The notes: a model not told the origin generated them from the letters alone. 28,595 nt of DNA from Malacoraja senta (GCA_038087875.1 JAXLNO010000597.1:62001-90595); one strand, 5' to 3'; shown: positions 10,595-22,673, counted from the stretch's first letter. Program-made: numbers and translations.

Positions 10595-11157
10595 AGAGTC
10601 GGTATGTCAAAGAGGATTCTCTTGAACTTCTACAGGTGCACAGTAGAGAGCATACTGACGGGTTGCATCGTGGCCTGGTTTGGCAACTTGAACGCCCAGG
10701 AGCGGAAAAGACTGCAAAAAGTTGTGACCACTGCCCAGTCCATCACCGGCTCTGACCTCCCCACCATCGAAAGGATCTATCGAAGTCGCTGCCTCAAAAA
10801 GGCAGCCAGCATCATTAAAGACCCACACCGTCCTGGCTACACACTCATTTCACCATTGCCACCGGGAAGAAGGTACAGGAGCCTGAAAACTGTAACATCC
10901 AGGTTCAGGAACAGCTTCTTCCCTACAGCCATCAGGCTATTAAACACAACAACAAATAAGCTCTGAACTACAACAGACTATTATTATTATTGCACTATAT
11001 TTGTTTATTTATTGAGTAAGTGTGCATGTGTATACACACACTGAACTTTCTTCTCCCATTATGTACTATGTTTACATATTCAGTTGTGCTGCAGCAAGTA
11101 GGAATTTCATTTTTCTATCTGGGCCATATGACAATAAAACACTCTTGACTCTTGACA
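10595..11157 (+). mobile_element. Rex1/Babar LINE 5'-truncated copy (RT C-terminal region plus 3' UTR)
   Basis: ORF 10604-10966 FYRCTVESILTGCIVAWFG...LPPGRRYRS...RFRNSFFPTAIRLLN, then a (cttga)n-like tail. Confidence 0.92.
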
Positions 11158-11159
11158 CT

Positions 11160-11320
11160 ATCTATCGTCAAGAATCCTCACCATCGGGGCCATGCAATCC
11201 TGTCTCTGCTACAGTTGTCCAGGAAGCACAGAGGCCTTAAATTCCACACGACCAAGATCTAGAATAGCTACTTTCCTACAATGCTCGGGTTGTTGAACCA
11301 ACCTGCCCAAGCCAAGTCCT
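11160..11320 (+). mobile_element. Older degenerate Rex1 fragment (probably continues after 12355)
   Basis: Decayed equivalent of IIKDPHHPGH..LP.GRRYR...R..NSYFP..IRLLN. Confidence 0.55.
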
Positions 11321-12354
11321 GAATCGATTGGATCCTGAACTTTCTGACGGAGCGACCGCAGGCAGTGTGACTGGGCCCGCACCTGTCCTCCACTATCGCC
11401 CTGAGCACCGGCACACCACAGGGCTGTGTACTAAGCCCCATGCTCTACTCCCTCTTCACTCACGACCGTGTCCCTGCATTCGACACCAACACCATCGTGA
11501 AGTTTGCAGACGACACAACAGTGATTGGGCTGATCACCAACGGTGATGAAACAAAATACAGAGCGGAGGTGCAGAACCTGGCGGACTGGTGCGCTCATAA
11601 CAACTTGTCACTAAACACCTCCAAGACCAAGGAGCTGATTATTGACTTCAGGAGGTCCCATAATGGAGATTACGCCCCAATCTCCATTTACGGGGAAAGT
11701 GTGGAGAGAGTGTCCAGCTTTAAGTTTCTGGGCACTCACATTTCAGAGGACCTCACATGGTCCACCAACACCGCTGCGCTGGTCAAGAAGGCACAGCAAC
11801 GACTGTTCTTCCTGAGGACATTAAAAAAGACTGGTCTGCCCCAACAGCTGCTGACAATGTTCTACCGCTGCACCACAGAGAGCATATTAACGTATGGCAT
11901 CTCTGTGTGGTATCTCAGCTGCACGGAGGCGGAGAGGAGAGCTCTTCAGCGCATCGTCCACAGAGCGCAGAGGATCATTGGGACAGAGCTACCAGCCTTG
12001 GAGGGCATCTACCACACACGGTGCCTCAGGAAGGCCATCAGCATCCATAAGGACTCATCACACCCTTGTAACGGACTGTTTGAACTAGTTCCCTCCGGCA
12101 GACGTTACAAGGCCTTCTACGCCCGAACCTCCAGACTCAGAAAACAGTTTTATTCCAAGAGCTATAGCGGCTCTGAACCGGCCCTGCTGAGTGCCCCCCC
12201 TCCCACCCACCCTGGACAGTCTCCCTCGGATGGTCACGTCACTCAGCTTGCTTATTTATTTATTTTACTTTTCTTGTACATCGGTGGAGCTGCATACTAA
12301 ATCTCGTTGCACTGACGTGCAATGACAATAAAAGATATTATTATTATTATTATT
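11321..12354 (+). mobile_element. Young Rex1/Babar LINE, 5'-truncated RT
   Basis: WILNFLTERPQAV*LG..STGTPQGCVLSPMLYSLFTHD..KFADDTTVIG..; in-frame TGA at about 11388, frameshift at about 12143, and a tgacaataaaaga(tat)n tail. Confidence 0.95.
11440..12300 (+). pseudogene. Rex1 reverse transcriptase remnant ORF
   Basis: FADD catalytic motif, LNTSKTKELIIDFR and KAQQRLFFLR; truncated and frameshifted. Confidence 0.9.
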
Positions 12355-12923
12355 ACCTCAACATCGAAGCACGACTGACCATCTCTTGTTCTACCATGGT
12401 CATTGGTTTTATCACTACCATGGTTTTATTTCTCTGATTCAGTTTTGCACAAATGCCTTGCTTTCTTACACTGTGTTCTTCCTTTTAGAAATCTTAAGTG
12501 TAATTTAGGTACAATATTTGTATAATGTATGCCTTTGCGTGTTGTTTGAATCTACGAGCCTGCAAGCAACATTTTGCATTGTACATGTACCTCATTGTAC
12601 TTGTCCATTTATGTACTCGATTTGACTTGAACTCTGTCAGATTTAGTTTTATAAAACTTCTTCAAGCGTCTTATAACAATTTTTTATACTCCATTGAATG
12701 CAAGTTGATCTTATGTTTATTTATTTCCTTCTGTGTCAGGGTGACAGACACAGCACAAAAATACCTGAGTATGGATTGAAACTAAAATACTGGACGTCTG
12801 TTGTTATTACAGCTAAAATATCTGTTCAATGCTATAACATTTTTAGCACTGCTACGTTTAATAATTCCACAGGTGCCTGATGAGATTTCCCTTGGTTAAT
12901 TATCACTGTCACATATTCGGAGA

Positions 12924-13165
12924 TAATAATAATAATAATAATAGATTTTATTTAAGGGCGCCTATACAAAAGTCTCAAGGACACCTTACAAAATTTAACA
13001 AAGAAACATATAATCAGAGTAAAATAAGTTATAAAGACATCACCAGTACATAAATTAAAGACAGAAGTTCGATCCAAAAAAGACAACAACAAAATTCAGA
13101 AACACAATGTGAAGGGAGAGCAGTGGCAGCCAAACCGCGCCAGCGTACACTCTCCCTTCCGACCG
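12924..13165 (-). mobile_element. Short non-autonomous retroposon with an L2-like 3' tail
   Basis: Minus strand ends gtaaggtgtccttgagacttttgtataggcgcccttaaataaaatc(tat)n, resembling the L2 3' stem-loop plus (TAT)n tail. Confidence 0.6.
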
Positions 13166-13189
13166 GAGATATGGTGAAAATCTTCGCTT

Positions 13190-14205
13190 GGTGTTGCTAT
13201 CCAGCCAAGTCATAACATGCATGAGTACAATCAAAGCATTCATAAGTACGACATGTACCGCAAAGAGAAAGATAAATAGGGTGCAGAATATCATGTCAAA
13301 GACACAGAGAAAGTACAGATACAACAATACAACAAACGACTCAACAAGGAAGATCTGGCTATCGGGATTACACCCTTAGCTTATGAGAGGTATGTCTGTT
13401 CAATAGCCTGTCCATAGCAGAGCAAAAGCGGTGCCTGAACCTCAGATACATGCTTTCAGGTTTTCCTATCCTCTGCCGAATGGGAGAGGGGAAAAGAGGG
13501 AATGACCGGGGTGAACGTGGCCCTTCATTATGTTGGCTGCTTTCCCGAGGCAGTGGGAAGTGCAGATGGAGTTGATTGGGGGAAGATTGGTTTGCGTAAT
13601 GGACTGGGCTGCATCTACAACTCTGCAATTTCTGACCATCTTGGGCAGAGCAGTTGCCAAACCAAATTGTCAAACCAAACCGTAATGCATCCCAATGGTA
13701 TGTTTTCCACAGGACATCTATCGAAATTGGTAAGAGATACAGTGGACCTGCTGAATGTTTCAATATTACCCTGAGCAACCAGAGGCATAGTTGTGCTTTC
13801 TTGACCATGGCGTTAATGTTGTTGGACGAGGACTAATTGTCGGTGATATTTACACCAATGAAGTTGACGATCTTGACCTTCTCTGATTTAGCACCATTAT
13901 TGCAGATTGAAGCGTATACACCCTATTACTTCCTCGAGTCACTGACTAGCTCCTTCACCTAACTGACATTGAGGGATTATTGTTTTGACATTATGTTATT
14001 AAATTCTCTAACTCCCTCATGTATTCTGCCTTGTCATTGTATGAGATCTGGTCCATGATAGTGGTGCATTCTGCCAACTTGTAAATGGAGTTAGAGCAGA
14101 ACTTTGCCACAGAGTCGTGAGTGTATAGGGTCACAGGCTGAGAATACATCTTTGTGGAGCATCAGTGATGAGAATTATCCTGGAGGGTGTTTTGTCACCT
14201 ATTGA
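13190..14205 (-). mobile_element. Degenerate Rex1/Babar LINE
   Basis: Minus-strand fragments VKKAQLCLWLLR, WFGNCSAQD, AAQSITQTNLP..KAANIMK..HPGHSLFSPLP.GR. Confidence 0.85.
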
Positions 14206-14729
14206 CACATTTGATTATTAATATTAATTTGTAAAGTCTTTCCTGTACTAGCTGTGGATGTATGACACGTTTTTAAGCTGTTTGTCACTTCATCATCATT
14301 TCACATGCAAAAAGTTGACATTTTCATCTGTAGCAGATGAATTGTCATCAGTCAAAATATATAAATGGAGTCCATGAGAACAAATTAATGATAGGTAGAA
14401 ACATTTTTGTTGTCCCACTGCTGACTGAGCAAAGAGGATATATTTTCTTTCAATCCACGGCTTCTCCAGAGTCTTGTATTTCTCCAACCATGGCATTTTG
14501 TACTCTGTTTAGTCTGCCTTTAATTGCCATATTGTCAGCTGGCTTGATCTACAAGCAAGAACATCCAACCTACATCTGTCCAGCTCCATGTTCTTAAAAC
14601 TCAGCCTTGTCACCAAATTTTAAAGTAACTTCTCTTGTACCAGTGCATTTCAGGCAATATCTATTTTTTTCGCTTTTGAAAAGCACTTGTTTATCATAGT
14701 CAAGATATTCCAAAGCACTGTGTATAGAG

Positions 14730-15374
14730 CAGGGGTGGGGAACCTACGGCCTTTAGGCCGCATGCGGACTTCTAGGCCATTAAGTGCGGCCTTTTGAATG
14801 AATCCAATTTTGTAGAACAAATCCTTTTATTTTTATTAATATGTTTTTGTTCGTCTTTTATTATTTGTATTTTAGTGTTAAAATGAGCGTATTTAAAATA
14901 CCAAAGAGTAAAAGAAGATTCAACTAAATAATCTTCCCTGACTGACGGCCACAATGAAAACATTTGTAAGTCATGAGGGCTATTTTAACACCTGTTTTGC
15001 TCATGATTTAGTTCTAATGCGACTCTAGAATGTACGTTAACCCCCCTGCCTGACTGGCGCCACCACCGTCTGAGGCTGGTAGACGAGAGGGAAAATGTCG
15101 GGGAGAGTCCGCTGGCCGTCCAGTCTTCAGTATTAGCAACTTGATAGCGGAGCACGGGGCTTTCCGTTTGAAGTTGAATTTGAGAATAGTTAAACAGCGT
15201 ATTTGTTTGACTGTATTTTTTAATTCTGTCTGCTTAACAGCCCATCATGTCACAAAATTTTACAAAATAATGTACATTTTGAAGTATATCTAATTGAAGT
15301 TTGTTGGATGCGGCCTTGTTAGATTGCAGCTAACTTAATGCGGCATTCCAACATGAAAAGGTTCCCCACCCCTG
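14730..15374. mobile_element. hAT (Charlie-like) non-autonomous DNA transposon
   Basis: Perfect TIRs CAGGGGTGGGGAACCT / AGGTTCCCCACCCCTG; 8-bp TSD GTATAGAG (14722-14729) versus GTATCGAG (15375-15382); subterminal gcggcc motifs. Confidence 0.92.
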
Positions 15375-15928
15375 GTATCGAGTCTAGTTTTTTTTCAATT
15401 TTGTAATTGTTGTATTTAAAAAAGCTCAACAGTCAATAATTAGTGTCCAATGAATAGCATGCGATAATGAGGAGATAATCTATTTTAAGTGTTTTACTGT
15501 CGTATGTACCAAAACAGAACACTGAAAAAAAACTCACTTGCAACAGCACAATAGGTTTGATAACATAAATGTTCAATTAAAAAACCAATGCAGTACAAAA
15601 CAAAACAAAGCCCAAAATCCAGAATGCAACCAAGGCAGTTTGGAGTTTGGAGTTTAGTTGGAGTTTTTTTGTGTTCAAGAGTCTGATGGTTGATGGGAAG
15701 AAGCTGCTGCTAAACCTGGATATTACAGTTTTTCAGGTGCCTGTACCTTCTTCCTGATGGCAGAAATGAAATGAGACTGTGGCCGAGGGAGTGTGGGTCC
15801 TTGATGTTGCTGGCTGCCTTTTTGATATAGAACCTACTACAGATCCCTGTGATGTTGGTGAGGTCAGTTGCCGTGATGGACTGGGCAGTGTTCACCACTT
15901 TTTGTAATCTCCTTTGTTCCTGAGCCAA

Positions 15929-16018
15929 ACCAGGCCATGAAGCACCAGGCCATGAAGCACCAGGCCATGAAGCACCAGGCCATGAAGCACCAGGCCATGA
16001 AGCACCAGGCCATGAAGC
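15929..16018. repeat. Perfect minisatellite (ACCAGGCCATGAAGC)x6
   Basis: Six identical 15-bp units read directly from the sequence. Confidence 0.97.
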
Positions 16019-16095
16019 TCTCTAAGGTACACCTATAGTTGTTCCAGAGAGCATTTGACGACACACAGAATCTCCTTAATATTCTAAGGAAGTAA

Positions 16096-16275
16096 CACAG
16101 AAACATGGAAAATAGGTGCAGGAGTAGGCCATTCAGTCCTTTGAGCTAGCACCAGCATTCAATATGATCATGGCTGATCATCCAAATTCAGTACCCCATT
16201 CCTGCTTTCTCTCCATATCCCTTGATTCCATTAGCACTCAGAGCTAAATCTAACTCTCTCTTGAATACATCAGGA
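16096..16275 (-). mobile_element. CR1 3' end fragment nested in Rex1
   Basis: agaaacatggaaaataggtgcaggagtaggccattc...tgatcatggctgatc, the same 3' UTR as 26739-26900. Confidence 0.85.
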
Positions 16276-16520
16276 GTGGAGTGGCATTGTTGGGTTTTAC
16301 TTATGATTGTATCAATGTGCTGGGTCCAGACGTACCTTCAGACATGTGTGCTCCCAGGAGCTGGAAGATGTTGAGTGTCTCAACCACTATAGATTGGTTA
16401 AACAAATACAGTTGTAGAGATCAGGAAAAACGTGTGTGTTCCTCTTTGAAACATTCCACATAAAAACACAAGGTGGAGCCTTGGTTTAAATTCTCAGCCA
16501 AACCAATCAAATGGATTTCA

Positions 16521-16724
16521 GAGATAGACACAAAAAAGCTGGAGTAACTCGCCGTGACAGGCAGCATCTCTGGAGAGAAGGAATAGATGACGTTTCGGGT
16601 CGAGACCCTTCTTCAGAACATCATCCATTCCTTTTCTCCAAAGATGGTACCTGTCCTGCTGAGTTACTCCGGCTTTTAGTGTCTATCTTCGGATTAAACC
16701 AGCATCTGCAGTTCCTTCCTACAC
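16521..16724. mobile_element. 204-bp Penelope-terminus-derived hairpin element with 11-bp TSD
   Basis: Inverted arms of about 73 bp (16522-16594 / 16617-16688); flanked by the identical AATGGATTTCA at 16510-16520 and 16725-16735. Confidence 0.85.
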
Positions 16725-16903
16725 AATGGATTTCATACTCATATCCTAACTGGCACTTTAAACTTCTCAAATATCTGCAGCATTATTGATGTTAAATAAA
16801 TGCAGGTTATATTTATTGTTATGTTGATATCAAAGTCACTGATACGCCGCATGCAAACAAAAATATTGGTCCCCAAAACTTTATAATTTTGAGTTTAACA
16901 AAT

Positions 16904-17107
16904 TGTAGATGATATATGCATGTGCCTTTAACATAGTGACCTCATACCTACTAACCACTCCCCATATCACAAGTATAACTACAAGCTCCCCACCCACAGA
17001 TCGCTCTCTAGTTCCTGTGACAGACCACGTACAGCTAGTGCAATATGTAATGCTCCAGTATGAATAAAGATAGTAAAGTAACGATGCCTCGTTATAGATT
17101 CTTTACA
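16904..17107 (+). repeat. 5' LTR (204 bp)
   Basis: TGTAGATG...CTTTACA; matches 22890-23093 with 3 substitutions; contains AATAAA. Confidence 0.97.
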
Positions 17108-17115
17108 TGGTGTCA
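17108..17115 (+). promoter_or_regulatory. Primer binding site (TGGTGTCA, tRNA-Leu-like)
   Basis: TGG immediately follows the LTR terminal CA; TGGTGTCA is complementary to a tRNA 3' end ...UGACACCA. Confidence 0.7.
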
Positions 17116-17203
17116 AACCACTTACCTTGCGCCTCCTGTCTATCGGTTTATCATTTAATTTTGTCCCAGTTTTTTGTTTCCCCCGCCCTCCCATTTCTTT
17201 GTT

Positions 17204-20200
17204 ATGGCCACTTCTGCCCGTAAGCCTGATGTGCTCGTTTTCGATTTAGACATCGCCCTTCGATGGGACGTATTCAAACGTGACTTTGAACACTATGTCA
17301 CGATCGCTCATCCTGCCGCCACCCCAGAGCTCACAGCCTCTCTGCTTCTCAACTTGGCTGGTCCCGAGGCCCTGACTCGCTCTGACTTCTTCGTCTACGC
17401 TGATGGAGAATCAGCTCGGGACCCGGTATGTCTGGTGGCTAAGTTTAATGCTATTTGTGATATTCCAACAAACTGCATCTTAGAACGTTTTAAACTGTTC
17501 GCGCGGTGTCAGCTCCCTGGGTAATCTGCAGAGAACTATGTCTCTGCGCTGCGGCACCTGGCCAGGCGCTGCCGCCTCAACATGCTGACCCCCGAGGAGA
17601 TTATCAGGGACCTTCTGGTTTATGGTCTCCGCGATGATAAGCTCAGGGCCGAACTTCTGCGCAAGCCCGATTTAACTTTCAACGATGCGATGCACGCCAC
17701 CCGCTTATCTGAAGCTGTCACCTCGGCGGTGTCACCGGCTGAACAGGCGATTAACTTTGCCAGCACTTCCAGTCATCTGATGAACACACCCCGGTCGCGG
17801 CCCCCGGGGTCGCTCGCTGCTCAAGGGGGACGTGCCCCGGGGTTCGGTACTGCTCCCGGGGGAGGTGCCCGGCAAAGGTGCCCTAATTGCAACTTCACCA
17901 CTCATCAATACAATGTGTGCCCTGCCTTGGGTAAAACGTGCAATGTCTGCAAGAAATTGAACCATTTCGCTGCGGCCTGTCGCTCCCGTGGGAAGCCTGT
18001 CGCTGCTCCGAGGGGAAATTTAAACAACCTTCTACAAACTGATAGTGAGCTCAGCTCCCAGTGCTATTTCGACGAACAGTCTGTTTCTGAATCCGACTCC
18101 TCTCAGGGGGAGAACAGCTTGTATACTGTGTTGGGCGCACCTGCTATGATAACAGAACCTTCTGTGCGAGTCACTGTGAACAACTCGACCTTCACTGCTA
18201 AGATGGACATGGGGGCAGTTGCGAACGTTATGTCAACATCTCTCTTCAAACAGATAAGGACTAATGAGCAGATTTTTTCTCAGAACTCAACCTTGCTTGC
18301 CTACGGGGGGGAGATTCTTACTCCTGTGGGCAAGGCCACGCTACGCTGTAAGATACTAGAGACCTCTCGGCCCCTCACCTTCTATCTCCTCGATCAAAAA
18401 TGCATTCCCCTGCTGGGTATCCGGGCATGCCAGGAAATGGGCCTGGTATCCTTCCACCGTGACATCCACCAGGTGCAGGCCCTCATGGACCCGCTGGCCG
18501 ATTATCCCGACCGCTTTGATGATGAGCTAGGCAAACTGCCCTGCAGCTACAAGATTGTAGTGGACCGTAAGATCGATCCAGTGGTCAATGCACCTCACCG
18601 TGTCTCCTTTGCCATGAAGGACAAAGTGCAGTCGACACTACACAGTATGGTACAAATGGGCATCCTAAAGGCGGTCATCGAGCCCACCAGGTGGGTCTCT
18701 TCCATGGTTGTTGCTGCGAAAAAGGACAAGAGCGAGATACGCAGCTGCATCAACCCCAAAGACCTCAACCTGGCCATTAGACGCCCGCACTACCCTATGA
18801 GAACGGTAGAAGAAGTCGCTGCACAGGTTGGTCCGGCAACGTTTTTTTCTGTCCTCGATGCCAAAAGCTCCTTCTGGCAGATACCACTGGACGAGCAGTC
18901 GTCCATTTTGACAACTTTCGCCACCCCCTACGGAAGGTTTCGGTTTCTCCGAATGCCATTCGGAATCAACTCTGCCAGCGAGGTATTCCAACAGACAATG
19001 GAGCAGTTGTTTTCAGGTCTACCATGCGCCATCATTGTTGACGACATCCTCGTTTACGGTAAGGACGTTGCCGAACACGATGTCAACCTCCGCCAGGTCC
19101 TGGACCGGGCCCGGCAAATCAACTTGAAACTAAACCCCAAGAAGTGCCGATTCTGCGTCCCGGAGGTCACCTATGTTGGACATGTATTCACCGCCGAGGG
19201 GTTAAAGCCAGACCCGCAAAAAATGGCTGCCAATTCAGGGATGCCTTCTCCTACTAATGTGGCAGGCCTACAATGCTTCCTGGGCATGGTAAACTACCTG
19301 GGGAAGTTCATCCCCGACCTCAGCGAGCTCAGCACTCCCCTGAGGGATTTGATAAAAAAAGGATACATCCTGGGCTTGGTTCCCCCACCACCAGAAAGCA
19401 TTCGACATTCTTAAGTCCAAGCTAATCAGCACCCCCACACTCAAGTTTTTTAACCTGCAGCGTCCCATTGTCCTCACCTGCGACGCCTCTCAGTTCGGAC
19501 TCAGTGCCGCCTGTCTCCAGGTACATGACGGCCTACAGTTGCCTGTCTCCTTCGCATCCCGCACCATGACCGTCACCGAACAGCACTACGCGCAGATTGA
19601 GAAGGAGCTACTGGCCGTGGTGTTTGCCTGCTCCAAATTCAGAGACAACATCCTGGGCAACACTTTCACCATTGAAACTGACCACCAGCCACTTGTCACC
19701 ATCCTCAACAAGTCGATCCATGCCGCCTCATCACGCCTACAGCGCATGATGCTGCAGCTCCAGCGCTTCACTTTCAACGTGGTTTATCGTAAGGGCAAGG
19801 ACATGTTCGTGGCCGACACGTTGTCTCGCGCCCCGCTAACGTCCACCGTTCGCCACCCATATGAGATGTCTGATCTAATGGTGCTCCAAATGAACATCGT
19901 CCCTTCAAAGCAGATGAAGTCCCTGGTTGAACACACTGCCAATGACCCTGCCCTGCAACAGCTGTCTGCCGTCATCCAGCGGGGCTGGCCCGACCGTCGT
20001 TCCGCACTGCCGGCTGGCGCCGTGCCCTACTTCCTGGTCCGTGACGAGCTCGTACTACACGACGGCGTGGTGGTGAAGGGTCACAAGGTGGTCGTGCCCG
20101 CTGCGCTGCACGACCACTATTTTCAAGTCGCTCACCGCGGTCATCCTGGGGCCGAAGCCACCGTGTCTCTCGCCAGGAGCCAGTTCTATTGGCCGGGTAT

Positions 20201-21236
20201 GGCCAAATACATCCGGGAGAGGGTCTCCTCGTGTTCCACCTGCAACAGCCTCGCCCCCCACCAGCAGCGTCAGCCGCTTCTGCAGCAGCCCGCGCCCGAA
20301 CTGCCCTGGATGGCGCTTGCCGCCGACATTTTCGAGTGGCGAGGCAAACACTTCCTGGTTCTCGTTGACTCCTACTCCAGCTGGTTTGTGGTCGACCGGC
20401 TGCACTACCTAACCTCTTCGGCCATCATCGACAGGTTATACCCTCATTTTGGCACTTTTGGCCCCCCGGCAAGCCTGCAGTCGGACAATGGCAGCCAGTT
20501 CACGAGCTCCGAGTTTAAAGCGTTCGCTTCCAGATGGAACTTCCGCCATTTCACCAGCAGCCCGGAGTACCCGCAAAGCAACGGTCTGGCCGAGCGTGCC
20601 GTCCGCAGCGCGAAGCACCGGCTGGAACAGTGTGGTGGCATTAACTCCGACTTCCATCTGGCCCTCCTCAACCTCCGCAACATTTCCCGCGACTCTGCCA
20701 TGGGTTCCCCTGCTCAGCGGCTCATGTCTCGCGCTACCAGGCTCCCGCTCCCGGTGGCCCAGCGCTCCCTCATACCCTCCGTCCTCCCACCTGCGGCGGT
20801 TCAGAAACGCATTGCCTTCAGGCACGATGTCCAAAAGCGTTCCCATGACAGGTCCTGCCACCCGCTGCCGCGCCTCTTCCCCGGTCAAGTTGTCCGTATG
20901 CAGACCACTTCCGGTCACTCCAAGCTCGCTACTGTCGTCGACTCAGCGGGGTCGCCCAGGTCTTATCTTGTCGACCATACGGGAGCCATTTACCGACGGT
21001 CCCGCCAGCACCTTCGGCTCGTCAACGAGCCGCGTCCTCCTGCCGCGGATCCCTTTGCTCCCCCACTGCCGGCTTCGCGTCCGGGCGTTGATCTGCCCGT
21101 CCTTCCTAACATGCAACGTTCTACACCTCCTCAACTCCTTCCGTCCCACCCTGCTCCGACTAGTCCTCGCTCGCCTGCCCGCGCTCTGCCCGCTCCTGAT
21201 CCCGCATCACCTCCGGGTTTGGTGCCGCGGAGGTGA
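17204..21236 (+). pseudogene. Gypsy gag-pol polyprotein, disrupted
   Basis: Gag from MATSARKP with a TAA at 17522-17524; Zn knuckle CNVCKKLNHFAAAC; protease KMDMGA; RT LDAKSSFWQ, RMPFGI and IVDDILV; +1 frameshift in A7 at 19354-19360; RNase H CDAS, EKELLA and ETDH; integrase HHCC plus D,D,E; TGA at the duplication junction. Confidence 0.93.
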
Positions 21237-22673
21237 TGCAAGGACATGTTCGTGGCCGACACGTTGTCTCGCGCCCCGCTAACGTCCACCGTTCGCCACC
21301 CATATGAGATGTCTGATCTAATGGTGCTCCAAATGAACATCGTCCCTTCAAAGCAGATGAAGTCCCTGGTTGAACACACTGCCAATGACCCTGCCCTGCA
21401 ACAGCTGTCTGCCGTCATCCAGCGGGGCTGGCCCGACCGTCGTTCCGCACTGCCGGCTGGCGCCGTGCCCTACTTCCTGGTCCGTGACGAGCTCGTACTA
21501 CACGACGGCGTGGTGGTGAAGGGTCACAAGGTGGTCGTGCCCGCTGCGCTGCACGACCACTATTTTCAAGTCGCTCACCGCGGTCATCCTGGGGCCGAAG
21601 CCACCGTGTCTCTCGCCAGGAGCCAGTTCTATTGGCCGGGTATGGCCAAATACATCCGGGAGAGGGTCTCCTCGTGTTCCACCTGCAACAGCCTCGCCCC
21701 CCACCAGCAGCGTCAGCCGCTTCTGCAGCAGCCCGCGCCCGAACTGCCCTGGATGGCGCTTGCCGCCGACATTTTCGAGTGGCGAGGCAAACACTTCCTG
21801 GTTCTCGTTGACTCCTACTCCAGCTGGTTTGTGGTCGACCGGCTGCACTACCTAACCTCTTCGGCCATCATCGACAGGTTATACCCTCATTTTGGCACTT
21901 TTGGCCCCCCGGCAAGCCTGCAGTCGGACAATGGCAGCCAGTTCACGAGCTCCGAGTTTAAAGCGTTCGCTTCCAGATGGAACTTCCGCCATTTCACCAG
22001 CAGCCCGGAGTACCCGCAAAGCAACGGTCTGGCCGAGCGTGCCGTCCGTAGCGCGAAGCACCGGCTGGAACAGTGTGGTGGCATTAACTCCGACTTCCAT
22101 CTGGCCCTCCTCAACCTCCGCAACATTTCCCGCGACTCTGCCATGGGTTCCCCTGCTCAGCGGCTCATGTCTCGCGCTACCAGGCTCCCGCTCCCGGTGG
22201 CCCAGCGCTCCCTCATACCCTCCGTCCTCCCACCTGCGGCGGTTCAGAAACGCATTGCCTTCAGGCACGATGTCCAAAAGCGTTCCCATGACAGGTCCTG
22301 CCACCCGCTGCCGCGCCTCTTCCCCGGTCAAGTTGTCCGTATGCAGACCACTTCCGGTCACTCCAAGCTCGCTACTGTCGTCGACTCAGCGGGGTCGCCC
22401 AGGTCTTATCTTGTCGACCATACGGGAGCCATTTACCGACGGTCCCGCCAGCACCTTCGGCTCGTCAACGAGCCGCGTCCTCCTGCCGCGGATCCCTTTG
22501 CTCCCCCACTGCCGGCTTCGCGTCCGGGCGTTGATCTGCCCGTCCTTCCTAACATGCAACGTTCTACACCTCCTCAACTCCTTCCGTCCCACCCTGCTCC
22601 GACTAGTCCTCGCTCGCCTGCCCGCGCTCTGCCCGCTCCTGATCCCGCATCACCTCCGGGTTTGGTGCCGCGG
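19795..22673 (+). repeat. Tandem duplication: 19795-21230 and 21238-22673 (1436 bp each, 7-bp filler)
   Basis: Copies are offset by 1443 bp; the only difference I found is C20606 versus T22049 (synonymous). Confidence 0.95.

Larger units (their letters stand above)
15480..16388 (-). mobile_element. Degenerate Rex1 LINE interrupted by a CR1 3' fragment and containing a 15-bp minisatellite
   Basis: Minus fragments YFLRILRRF, NYRCTLES, LQKVVNTAQSIT and LPSGRRYR; 16279-16388 encodes a decayed VE...FQLLGAHMSE...KTQQC segment. Confidence 0.85.

Noticed and set aside
8174..11157. Similar segments 8174-8453 and 10883-11157 as LTRs or a segmental duplication
   Set aside because: Both are Rex1 3' ends with microsatellite-like tails; there are no TG..CA termini, PBS or shared flanks.
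12876..12900. CTGATGAG hammerhead core (also at about 9507 and 23845)
   Set aside because: No stem II followed by GAAA downstream.
15864..16106. ORF with (CFMAW)n repeats, or a CRISPR-like array
   Set aside because: It is a tandem 15-mer with no spacers inside a Rex1 remnant in eukaryotic DNA.
19354..19360. A7 run as a programmed frameshift site
   Set aside because: It lies within pol between RT and RNase H, not at the gag-pol boundary; a homopolymer insertion or sequencing error is more likely.
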